Part shown: piece by piece, positions 36,832 to 47,600 of the stretch | Layout of the letters: each line of letters starts with the position of its first letter | Numbering within the stretch: position 1 is the stretch's first letter | Origin: Piromyces finnis finn | Lineage: Eukaryota; Fungi; Neocallimastigomycota | DNA: 64,000 bases | Assembly: GCA_002104945.1 (NCBI GenBank) | Contig: MCFH01000098.1 | Location: 16,598-80,597, forward strand | Direction of reading: 5' to 3' | Position numbers and translations under genes: made by a program | The notes under the pieces: model-generated | The model's database searches: none | What the model was told of the DNA's origin: nothing | The model's input: the letters and a program-made list of their open reading frames with translations, nothing else

Positions 36832-39800
36832 TGTAAAATATTCTAAAGTTCAGGTTTGTATACAACACTAAACTAACAATTAAACTAATTATTTTTAATA
36901 ATAATTTTTATTTATTTATTTATTTATTTTTAAAACTATACTAACTAAACAACCGTTGATTACTTTACCGTGAAGGATATTTTACCAGAGCCCTCACTAG
37001 GTAATCAATTTATATTTATTTAAAACTAAAATTATTAATCTAAACTATAAACTAATTATAAACTAATGTTAATTTATCTAAACAAAATTAACCTATACGA
37101 TTTTCCAACTATCGTTTCAATAGTTGAAAAATTTTCTTTATTTATACTTTTTAAATAAATTGAATAAATTCTAATATACATGTTTTAATATTATAATTTT
37201 ACATTGTTTATATTTATACATTTATTAAAAGAAATTATTTGTATTAAATTATTTAAATTCAATTTATTTACTAAAGAATTTTCTAAACTTAAAATAAAGT
37301 TTTGATTTTTTTACTATATGGTTGATTATATTTCAAACATATATTCAATTTATTTATTTCTAATTTTGAGGCTTAGTTTATAAAAAAAATTTTTTATTAT
37401 CTAAATTATTTATTGGTTAAAATTTATTTAATTTAAAATTTTATTCTATCATCAAAAACTTTATCTTATCATAAAATTAAATTTACATAAATTTATGTTA
37501 ATGTATTGTAATACATTATTTTATCGTAACTTTAGATTTCACATAGATTTATGTTAATGTATTGTGATATAAATTTTGTAAAGATTTACGGTACATTAAT
37601 TCAATACATTGTACATTATTTTAAATACGTATTAAATACATTATTCTATTAATACAATATTTTACATGCCCCTCTTCTTAAGTCGAGCCCCTGAGCGACT
37701 TATATTTAAGGTATTCCTGGATCAATTGAGGGTCATCGATTTCATCTTCTTTAAGCCATGTACTTTCTGAAGGTAATAAGTTTTTCCAAACCATAAAGTA
37801 GTACTTAGTTCCATTAATAACTTTTTCACTAACTATCTTAAATGGAATTCTTCCTTCAGCAGAATCGGTAGCAATGTTTGGAATTCTAGAAGTTGATTCA
37901 TTCACTTCAACTTCTCTTTCAACATAAGGTTCTAAGTTCGAAATATGGAAAACGGGATGACATCTTAAACTTTCTGGTAGTTCCAATTTATAAGAAACGG
38001 GTCCTGTTTTTTCAATAATCTTAAATGGTCCAAGTTTCTTATTTGTTAATTTTGGAGGTCCTTTAGGAAGTAAGTCAGGACGCTTTAACCAAACTAAGTC
38101 ACCAACCTTTAACTTAGGTCCAATAAGTCTAATACAATCGGCATACTTCTTATATCTTTTCTTGGCTTTTTCTAAGTTCTTCTTTAAAAATTTAATATTA
38201 TCTTGCATCTGAGAGGCGTGCCTGTTAGCTCTTCTATTGTCGCTATCAGCAGGAATTTCGGTACTAAATCTTGGATTTTGCCCATAATTTGCAAAGAATG
38301 GTGTTTGATTTATGGATTGCTGAAGTGTATTATTATACGCAAATTCAGCATAAGGCAAAAGGTTCATCCAGTTATCTTTTCTTTTGTTAATATAACATCT
38401 AAGAAATTGTTCTAAAATACTATTTACACGTTCAGTCTGCCCGTCTGTTTGAGGATGATGAGCACTCGAGATATTGTGCTTTATGTTCAACAAAGTGCAT
38501 AATCTTTGCCAAAATTCTGAAGTAAACTGGGTTCCTCGATCCGATATTATTTCATCAGGTAGACCATGTAAACGAAAAACTTCTCTAAAGAAAACATCAG
38601 CAGCAATTTGAGCAGTAGGAATCATTCTAAACGGAATAAAGTGGGCCATCTTCGTTAATCTATCCACAACAACCATTATAACTGTTTTTTCCTTTGACTT
38701 TGGCAAATCAGTTATAAAATCCATAGAAACAGAAGACCACGGTCTTTCAGGAGTTGGTAGCGGCTGTAAAAGTCCATAAGGTCTATGACGATCAACCTTA
38801 GCAGCTCCACAAACTTTACAAGAAGCAATAAACTTAACTATATCTTGAGTCATGTTTATCCAAACAAAGTTTCTTGTAATTAATTCTTTTGTTTTAATAA
38901 TACCAAAATGACCATGAATTGGATTGTCATGATGCATTGAGATTATTATATCTCTCATTTTCTTTGGTACATAAATTAAACTTTTATACAAAAGAATTCC
39001 TTCTTCGCTTAACTTAAAATTCTTCATTAACTTCTTATACTTCTTACTTGCGGTAGATTTTCCTTGTAGAATATTTATTAACTCCTTAATCTCTTCATCT
39101 TCTTTAATTTCTTTAATTAAATCTTCTTTGAGATTCCCTTGAATAGACACAAGACATAAAGTATCTTCGATTTCTTTAACTGTCAAGCAAGAATAGGCTT
39201 CTTCGTCTTCTTTATTACTTTTATCTTCTTCATAATCAGGACGTCTTGAAAAAGCATCAGGTTTTCCACCTTCTTTACCCGGTCTATATTGTATTTTGAA
39301 ATCATAACGGGTCAAAAACAAATTCCAGCGAATTTGTCTTTGCGACAATAGTTCAGGCTTTCTAGGAAAGGTAAGATTTTTATGATCCGTATAGATCATA
39401 AATTGATGCTTGGCTCCTTCTAAGTAGTGTCTCCATTGTTTCAAAGCTTCAATAACAGCCAAAAGTTCCTTATCATAAATAGGATAATTCTTTTCCGATT
39501 TAGTCAATCCCCTTGAATAATAACAAATTGGATGAAGCTCGTTATTATCCGGTAATCTTTGAGATAATACGGCACCGATTGCGAAATTACTTGCATCTGT
39601 CTCAACCACAAAAGGTAATTCAGGATCAGCATGAATTAAAATTGGTTCCTCGGTAAAGAATTTCTTTAATATACAAAAAGCTTCATTACATTCTTCTGGC
39701 CAATGAAAATTGACATCTTTCTTAGTTAGATTATGTAACGGTTTAGCAATACTAGCAAAGTTTGGAATAAATCTTCTATAATAATTACATAATCCGATAA

Positions 39801-42800
39801 ATGATTGCACTTCTTTAACAGATGTTGGTACAGGCCATTCCATAATAGCTTTAACCTTCTTTGGATCCATAGAGATTCCTTTATCTGAGATAACATGCCC
39901 TAAGAAAGTAGTTTCTGAAGTTTCAAATTCACATTTGCTAAGTTTCGCATAAAGACCATTTTCTTTTAATCTTTGAAGAACTTTCTTTACATGCTTTCGG
40001 TGTTCTTCCAAGTTTTTCGAATAGATAAGAATATCATCAATATAAGAAAAAGCGAATTCATCCAAGTATTCCCCGAGAACATCATTGATAAAATGTTGGA
40101 AAGTTGCAGGAGCGTTTTTTAATCCAAACGGCATGACAAGATATTCAAAGTGACCAAATCTTGTCCTAAATGCAGTTTTATATTCATCACCTTCATTTAT
40201 TCGAACTAGATTATAAGCAGACTTGAGATCAAGTTTAGTAAAAACTTTGGCTTCTCTTAATCTATCGAATAATTCAGATATGAGAGGTAGTGGATATGAA
40301 TCCCTGATTGTGTTTTCATTGAGTCTTCGGTAATCAACACACAATCTTAAAGTTCCATCCTTTTTCCTAACAAATAGCACAGGTGCTCCAGCAGGTGAAG
40401 TAGACGGTCTTATAAATCCTTTTTCTAGATTTTCAGAAATATACTCCTTTAACGTATTCCTTTCTTCTTCTGTTAGAGGGTATAAAGGACCATAAAATAA
40501 GTTATCTTTATCTTTCAATCTTATTTTACAATCGTATATTCGATGTGGAGGTAGTTCATTACACTCAACTTCATCAAATACATTTTCAAATTCCTTATAT
40601 ACATCTGGAATTTCTACAATATTTTCTCTAACATCTTCACCACTATTTTCATCATTTGAAAGAACACTACATACAATATACTTTTGAACATTCTTTTTAT
40701 TTAATTTTAAATTTTTACTACATTTCTTTTTAATACATGAATTTTTATTTTTATCTATAATTTTTCTATTTTCTTTATTCCTAATTTCACTTTCTCTAAT
40801 TTTTAAACTATTCTTATAATTGTTAAGTATTTCTTGTACGAGTTCCTTTTCTTTTCTTCTTTCTTCTTCTTTGGCCAATTGCGCTTCTTGATTTCTTCTT
40901 TTCATGTCTTCTGGAGTAGCACAGCAATTCAAAGAACAGAATTCGGATTTGAATTCAAGAGTTTGATCCTTAAAGCTAATTGTAGGATCGTGTTTTCTTA
41001 ACCAATTCTTACCCAGAATGACAGAAATACCAGAAGGAAGATCAGTAAGGTAGAATTGAATGGATTCTTTATGATTCTTGATGTTCATGATTAAAGGAAT
41101 TGTTTCATACTTCAAGAATCCATTACCACCTATACCTTCAACAAACTTATCCTTAAACATTCTTTGGAATGGGATCTTGTACTTGTCCACGGCTTTCCAA
41201 TCCAAAAAGTCTAAGTCCGAACCAGAATCCACAAGAGCCTTAAGATACACTCCATTATTGACTTGTAATAGAATGTCATAAACATTTAACATTCTTCTTC
41301 CAGCGGTAGTAGCTATAAACGCTTTTGGTCTATTTATAACCTTATCCTTAAGTTGAGGACAATCCTTCTTAATATGTCCAGTCCTTTTGCAGAAGAAACA
41401 TTTTCTAGGCTTAGCTGAGGTAGTGGGGCTTTCTTGGTCTACATAATTTCTATATTTTACACCATAAGAGAGGTACCTTGATCCTAAGTCTCTGTTATAT
41501 CTTCGGTTCTTCTTTCCGTCGACATCCATAGGATCTTTTCCAAAGACTTTCCATTCTAATTCTACATTGGCAGCAACGACATTAATTAACTCAGTTAACT
41601 TCCTAATTCTTGGGTAAAGGAGCTTAGCTTTTTCCTTGACTGAAGTTGGTAAACCTTCCATAAAGAAATGGATTTTCGCTTCATCGTTAAAAGACGAGTC
41701 TCTAGCCATCTTTTCAAATTCTTCGCAGTAGTCCATGACGTTCTTGAATTGACTTGACTTCAATTTTGCAAGTCGACTGTTGGCTACATCGGCACTGTTA
41801 CAGGTTTTATAGCGAGCCTTCATTGCCTCAATAAAATCTTCATAGGAGTTCAACAAGGGGCTTTCTTCTCTTTCCAAGTCGGCAAACCATTCGGCGGCGG
41901 TTCCTTCCAGGTAGCATCCCAAGATATCCAGCTTGTAGGCGTTGGTAGCATCTTCTTCTAAGTTATATTTGAAATATTTCTCCAATCTTGCCAGGAAGTA
42001 AAGAAGTTCACTTCTTTTTCCTGAAAATCTTGGAGGTTTTGGGATGAGTCTTCCCCTGGTGTTAACGCTTTTACCAGTCTCATCCTCAATGTCCATCATG
42101 GAACTCGCCTCAGAGCCTGCGTCACTGGCTCCAGCTATTCCATCGTCACGGTTGTCTAACATTCTATATCTAGTATTCATATTACTACTTAATAAACAAC
42201 AAATAGTCAACCAATATTTAATATCCCAATTATTTATACTATTCAACTTGACTATTCCTAATTATTTTATTCTTATATTCTTATATTAAATAAATAATTT
42301 AACAACCTTATTATTATACTATACTAACCTTTTTATTATTTACTACTACTAAACTAACAACTAGTTATTAACCAAACTAATATATTTTTATTATTACTAT
42401 TTATTGATTATTAACTATTAAACTATTTTAACAACAAATTATTCTATACCAAATAATTATAAAATACCCCGAAATTAACTAAAATTAATTTCTAACAAAA
42501 AAAAAATTTTTTTTTTTTTTTTTTAATATTAATATTTTTTATATAATCCCCGAATTTAATCTATTATTAAATTCTCACTATAATTAATTATTAATTTTTT
42601 TTTTTTTTTTTTCTATTACTATTCGTATACAAAGGTGAACTTTCTATTCTAATAAGTTGGAAAATTGTAAAATATTCTAAAGTTCAGGTTTGTATACAAC
42701 ACTAAACTAACAATTAAACTAATTATTTTTAATAATAATTTTTATTTATTTATTTATTTATTTTTAAAACTATACTAACTAAACAACCGTTGATTACTTT

Positions 42801-43500
42801 ACCGTGAAGGATATTTTACCAGAGCCCTCACTAGGTAATCAATTTATATTTATTTAAAACTAAAATTATTAATCTAAACTATAAACTAATTATAAACTAA
42901 TGTTAATTTATCTAAACAAAATTAACCTATACGATTTTCCAACTATCGTTTCAATAGTTGAAAAATTTTCTTTATTTATACTTTTTAAATAAATTGAATA
43001 AATTCTAATATACATGTTTTAATATTATAATTTTACATTGTTTATATTTATACATTTATTAAAAGAAATTATTTGTATTAAATTATTTAAATTCAATTTA
43101 TTTACTAAAGAATTTTCTAAACTTAAAATAAAGTTTTGATTTTTTTACTATATGGTTGATTATATTTCAAACATATATTCAATTTATTTATTTCTAATTT
43201 TGAGGCTTAGTTTATAAAAAAAATTTTTTATTATCTAAATTATTTATTGGTTAAAATTTATTTAATTTAAAATTTTATTCTATCATCAAAAACTTTATCT
43301 TATCATAAAATTAAATTTACATAAATTTATGTTAATGTATTGTAATACATTATTTTATCGTAACTTTAGATTTCACATAGATTTATGTTAATGTATTGTG
43401 ATATAAATTTTGTAAAGATTTACGGTACATTAATTCAATACATTGTACATTATTTTAAATACGTATTAAATACATTATTCTATTAATACAATATTTTACA
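36832..43500 (-). mobile_element. Chromovirus C1, complete and probably very young, TSD GTATC; LTRs 36832-37666 and 42666-43500; PBS 42655-42665
   Basis: Both LTRs are 835 bp with no difference found by eye. 11-bp terminal inverted repeat TGTAAAATATT. PPT AAGAAGAGGGGCA. Confidence 0.97.
37678..42246 (-). CDS. gag-pol: C1 Gag-Pol, intact single ORF (up to 1522 aa; true start may be a downstream Met)
   Basis: CFFCKRTGHIKKDC, LVDSGS, YIDD, ETDAS, HHDNPIHGH..CKVC, SDRG, GQTER, chromo-like YFMVWKN..STW. Confidence 0.97.
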   Translation of the reverse strand: MNSINNWDIKYWLTICCLLSSNMNTRYRMLDNRDDGIAGASDAGSEASSMMDIEDETGKSVNTRGRLIPKPPRFSGKRSELLYFLARLEKYFKYNLEEDATNAYKLDILGCYLEGTAAEWFADLEREESPLLNSYEDFIEAMKARYKTCNSADVANSRLAKLKSSQFKNVMDYCEEFEKMARDSSFNDEAKIHFFMEGLPTSVKEKAKLLYPRIRKLTELINVVAANVELEWKVFGKDPMDVDGKKNRRYNRDLGSRYLSYGVKYRNYVDQESPTTSAKPRKCFFCKRTGHIKKDCPQLKDKVINRPKAFIATTAGRRMLNVYDILLQVNNGVYLKALVDSGSDLDFLDWKAVDKYKIPFQRMFKDKFVEGIGGNGFLKYETIPLIMNIKNHKESIQFYLTDLPSGISVILGKNWLRKHDPTISFKDQTLEFKSEFCSLNCCATPEDMKRRNQEAQLAKEEERRKEKELVQEILNNYKNSLKIRESEIRNKENRKIIDKNKNSCIKKKCSKNLKLNKKNVQKYIVCSVLSNDENSGEDVRENIVEIPDVYKEFENVFDEVECNELPPHRIYDCKIRLKDKDNLFYGPLYPLTEEERNTLKEYISENLEKGFIRPSTSPAGAPVLFVRKKDGTLRLCVDYRRLNENTIRDSYPLPLISELFDRLREAKVFTKLDLKSAYNLVRINEGDEYKTAFRTRFGHFEYLVMPFGLKNAPATFQHFINDVLGEYLDEFAFSYIDDILIYSKNLEEHRKHVKKVLQRLKENGLYAKLSKCEFETSETTFLGHVISDKGISMDPKKVKAIMEWPVPTSVKEVQSFIGLCNYYRRFIPNFASIAKPLHNLTKKDVNFHWPEECNEAFCILKKFFTEEPILIHADPELPFVVETDASNFAIGAVLSQRLPDNNELHPICYYSRGLTKSEKNYPIYDKELLAVIEALKQWRHYLEGAKHQFMIYTDHKNLTFPRKPELLSQRQIRWNLFLTRYDFKIQYRPGKEGGKPDAFSRRPDYEEDKSNKEDEEAYSCLTVKEIEDTLCLVSIQGNLKEDLIKEIKEDEEIKELINILQGKSTASKKYKKLMKNFKLSEEGILLYKSLIYVPKKMRDIIISMHHDNPIHGHFGIIKTKELITRNFVWINMTQDIVKFIASCKVCGAAKVDRHRPYGLLQPLPTPERPWSSVSMDFITDLPKSKEKTVIMVVVDRLTKMAHFIPFRMIPTAQIAADVFFREVFRLHGLPDEIISDRGTQFTSEFWQRLCTLLNIKHNISSAHHPQTDGQTERVNSILEQFLRCYINKRKDNWMNLLPYAEFAYNNTLQQSINQTPFFANYGQNPRFSTEIPADSDNRRANRHASQMQDNIKFLKKNLEKAKKRYKKYADCIRLIGPKLKVGDLVWLKRPDLLPKGPPKLTNKKLGPFKIIEKTGPVSYKLELPESLRCHPVFHISNLEPYVEREVEVNESTSRIPNIATDSAEGRIPFKIVSEKVINGTKYYFMVWKNLLPSESTWLKEDEIDDPQLIQEYLKYKSLRGST

Positions 43501-43537
43501 GTATCATTGTTGTAACGAATCATAGAAATTAGTAACC

Positions 43538-43609
43538 TGTCTTAGTGGTTAGTAACTAAGACCTTGGTTTGAACTACTCGAGTTCGAAACCTCATTAATA
43601 TCTTTTTTT
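43538..43609 (+). promoter_or_regulatory. tRNA-like Pol III A box / B box / oligo-T unit in family B U3 (also at 13839 and 19558)
   Basis: TGTCTTAGTGG (10/11 to TRGCNNAGYGG), GTTCGAAAC (matches GWTCRANNC) 44 nt later, and a T7-8 run 12 nt after that. Confidence 0.6.
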
Positions 43610-44626
43610 AATTATTAAAATATTTTATAACGAAATTTTACCAAAGAAGATAATTTCTGATTGGCTTAAAAAATTAAGTTGTAAAATTTTTATAAATTTA
43701 CTTTTAAAAATTTTTATATAAATACGAGTGAAATTTCTCAAAAAAATTATTTTTAATTCGAGTTTTTATTAACAAAAAAATTTTATAATAAAAATAAAAT
43801 TATTAAACACTAACCTGTTATAATTTTGTTAAGTGTTCAATAATAAAATTTTTATTTGCTTTTATTATTTTCCTTTTTATATATTTGTGTTTTTATTTAT
43901 TGAACATTAGTTCTTTACAATAAAAACTCCTAAAATATATAATAACACCTTAGTGTTTAAAAAAGGAAGAATTTTTAATTTATTAAAAAATTAAGTAAGT
44001 CAGTGAAGCTTATTTTAACAATAAGGGTACTGAAAACAAAAGTAAAACCCACAGTTATTATAAGGGGAGCGCCAGGACGCTTAATTTAATAATAAAGAAA
44101 AAATTCATTTTCTAATAAAACGTTTTCTACTTTTAATAAATAAAATTAAATTTTATTTATTATTTTTTGAAAAATATAATAAAATAACAAAGAAGTTAGG
44201 ATTCAATAACTCCCTTAGCGTGGATAGTTGGACACCTATACGTAATACTTTGTTGTTTAGATATTATTAATAATCGGGGAATTAAACCTATTTTTTTCTT
44301 TCCGCTTAATTAAGTAAGTGACAATAAAGAAACTAATACCGTTAATTCCTTTTATTGAAAATTTTCATTTCCAATATTAACAATTGATAATATCTACGTT
44401 ATCAACAAAGAGCTACAAGGGACCTAGTATTGAATACTAATAAAATTAAATATTTGATGGTCCAATACTATTTAATTTGACTCTTTGTCTATATTTAAAA
44501 TATTTTAATCAATAAATAATAATAAAGATTTAATTTTTTTTTTTTTTTCTTTCTTAATTTCTTCAAACATAACTTTATCTTATTTACATAATTTTTATTT
44601 TCAAACAATTATATTTTTTAATTCTA

Positions 44627-47600
44627 ATGGAAGGACAAATATTTGATAACGCCTCACTAAAAGACGGTTTCGCAGGAGACAGAAAATATCTCAAAGGTTT
44701 CTTAGCCAAAATAGAACTTGTTTTTCTCCTTTATCCCGAAAGATATCAAGATGAAGAGAGCAAGGTTATCTACCTGATTTCTCGCCTTTATGGAAATGCA
44801 TTAAATTGGGCCGCTACGCTTATTGACAACCATGATCCATGTCTGACCAACTACCAAGCATTCAAGGAAAGACTAAAGGCATTCTACGGGAACAATGATG
44901 CAGTCTACGTAGCCAATCAAATGCTACGTACTCTCAAGCAACATCGTTTGGGCGGCATCAGAGGATACATCCTTGAATTTAACAAATACTCTGATGAATC
45001 TAACTGGAATGAAGAGGCTAAGATGGATGCTTTTATCGCTGGGCTCAACCAAGAAGTTGCAATGAAGATATTAGAGATGTTCCCAGGACCAAGAGATTTG
45101 TTTTCCCTCCAAACTATTGCAGCTAGAATAGACTCCAGACTTGCTACCAGGGGATTATTTTTTGACAAAAATTCTAAGGGACCAAGTTCTAATTCCAGCA
45201 ATGGCTCCAGAAAGGCTTCCACAAATCTAAAAGAACATCCCAAGAAGAAAAGATCCTTTGGTCCGTTATCCAAGGAAGAAAAAGAAAGAAGAAGTAAGGA
45301 AAACTTATGTGTCTATTGTGGATCTCCAGGACACCAACTGAAAGATTGTCATAAGAGAAGAAATAAAAACTCAGCATTCGAATCTTTAGTTTCTCTACAA
45401 AATAATTCTACCAATTCCAAGAAAAAGCAACAAGATAGGGTAACCTCAGATTTTAAATTATCGTTTGAACTAGACACAAAAATTCTTATAGACTCCGTTT
45501 CTACACTTAATCTAATAGATGTCGACTATTGCAACGATCACAATATTCCCTACCACTATGAAGAAGATTTACCCAACGTATTCGGTATTGGTGGTAGCCA
45601 AAAACTGTTCGGAGCTACTCCACCTCTTAATCTTCGCTACATGGATCACCTATGCCGTACTGTCTTTTACGTTACTGATCTACCTGTATATCCTTGTATT
45701 CTAGGTCTACGTTGGCTTAAGGAACATAATCCAAGTATTGACTTTGAAAATAATAAATTATCTTTTGGTTCTTCATATTGCTTGGATCATTGTATGACTC
45801 TCCCTTCGAATGTTCCCGAATTCCATCAGGAAACTTCTGTTTTTTCTACTGATTGCAATAACTCTTCTTCCGTTTCTTTGCCTATTTTTATTGACAAATC
45901 TAAATCTTCTTTTTCAAATTCTAAGTTATCTCATTCTCGTAATCCCAAAGAAAATCATTCTAAATCCGTCTTAATTAACAATGAATCTGTTAACGATCCT
46001 TTATCACAAGAGACTTGTACTGTCATGGCTTCTAATATATCTCTTTCTAAAGTTGACACTTATTCACCAAAAAACTCTCTTAAAGACTCAAATCCTATTA
46101 CTAAACTTCCGAAGGAATTAGAATCATATATGGACGTCTTTAGCGAATCTTCTGCTGATCAATTACCACCTCATCGTCCTTATGATTGCCAAATAAACCT
46201 AATCGAAAATGCCAAGCTATTTTATGGACCAATCTACCCACTAACAGACGAAGAAACAAGAGTTTTGAAGGATTATATCGATGAAAACCTCAAAAAGGGT
46301 TTCATTAGGAAATCCAAATCTCCTGCTGGTGCGCCTGTACTTTTCGTCCCTAAAAAGAATGGTGAACTCCGTCTTTGTCAAGATTATAGGGAACTCAACA
46401 AAATTACCATTAGAGATTCCTATCCTCTACCTCTGATTCAAGATATGCTAGAGCATCTTGGTAAAGCGAAAATCTTCTCAAAATTGGATTTACGATCAGC
46501 ATATAACTTGGTCCGAATCAAAAAGGGTGATGAATATAAAACAGCTTTCACCTGCAAATTCGGCCACTTTGAATACCTGGTAATGCCATTCGGACTGAAA
46601 AACGCCCCGGCTGTTTTTCAGCATTTTATCAATGATGTTCTGGAAAATATTCTAGGGATTTTTGTTTATTCATATATTGACGATTTAATTATTTTTTCTG
46701 AAAACCATAAATTCCACATTAAGCACGTTATCGAAGTCCTGGATCGCTTAAGAAATGCTGGTCTTTATGCTAAGCTTGAAAAGTGTGAATTCTTTGTTTC
46801 CTCTATTGATTTCCTTGGTCATCGGATATCCTCTGAAGGTGTACATATGGACCCCAATAAAGTTTCTGCTATTATTAATTGGCCAGTTCCGTCCAGTGTC
46901 AAGGAAGTTCAATCTTTTATTGGCCTAGCCAACTACTATCGTCGGTTTATTCCTAATTTTGCCAAAGTTGCACAACCCCTTCACAGACTACTTCGTAAAA
47001 ACGTTAAATTTGATTTTTCCTCTGAAGCTCTTGATGCATTTAATACCATTAAATCATTAATTTCATCTGCTCCCATCCTGTCTCATCCAAATCGTGATCT
47101 TCCCTTTATTGTTGAAACCGACTCTAGCAACTTTGCTATAGGAGCAGTTCTGTCTCAAAAATCTCCTGATGATAAAATGATCCATCCTGTCGCTTTCTAT
47201 TCAAGATCTCTTACTTCCGCTGAAAGAAACTATCCTATATACGATAAAGAACTTTTAGCTATTGTTAATGCTCTTGAGACTTGGCGACATTTTCTCAAAG
47301 GTGCTTTAACCCCGTTTACTATTTATTCAGATCATCGAAACTTACTATATCAAAAGAAACCGGAAAAAATGTCACAACGTCTCGTTCGTTGGGCCCTTTT
47401 CCTTTCCGAATTTAACTTTAAAATTCTCTACCGCTCTGGTTCATCAAATGGTAAACCTGATGCGCTTTCACGAAGACCTGATTATATAGATTCCTCTCTT
47501 CCTTCTGATGCTCCTTTTTCGGTTTTACGCCCTGAGAATTTCTGCGCTTTGATTTGTTCCATTTCTTCTCTTAATGATGAAATATTATCTGAATATGTGA

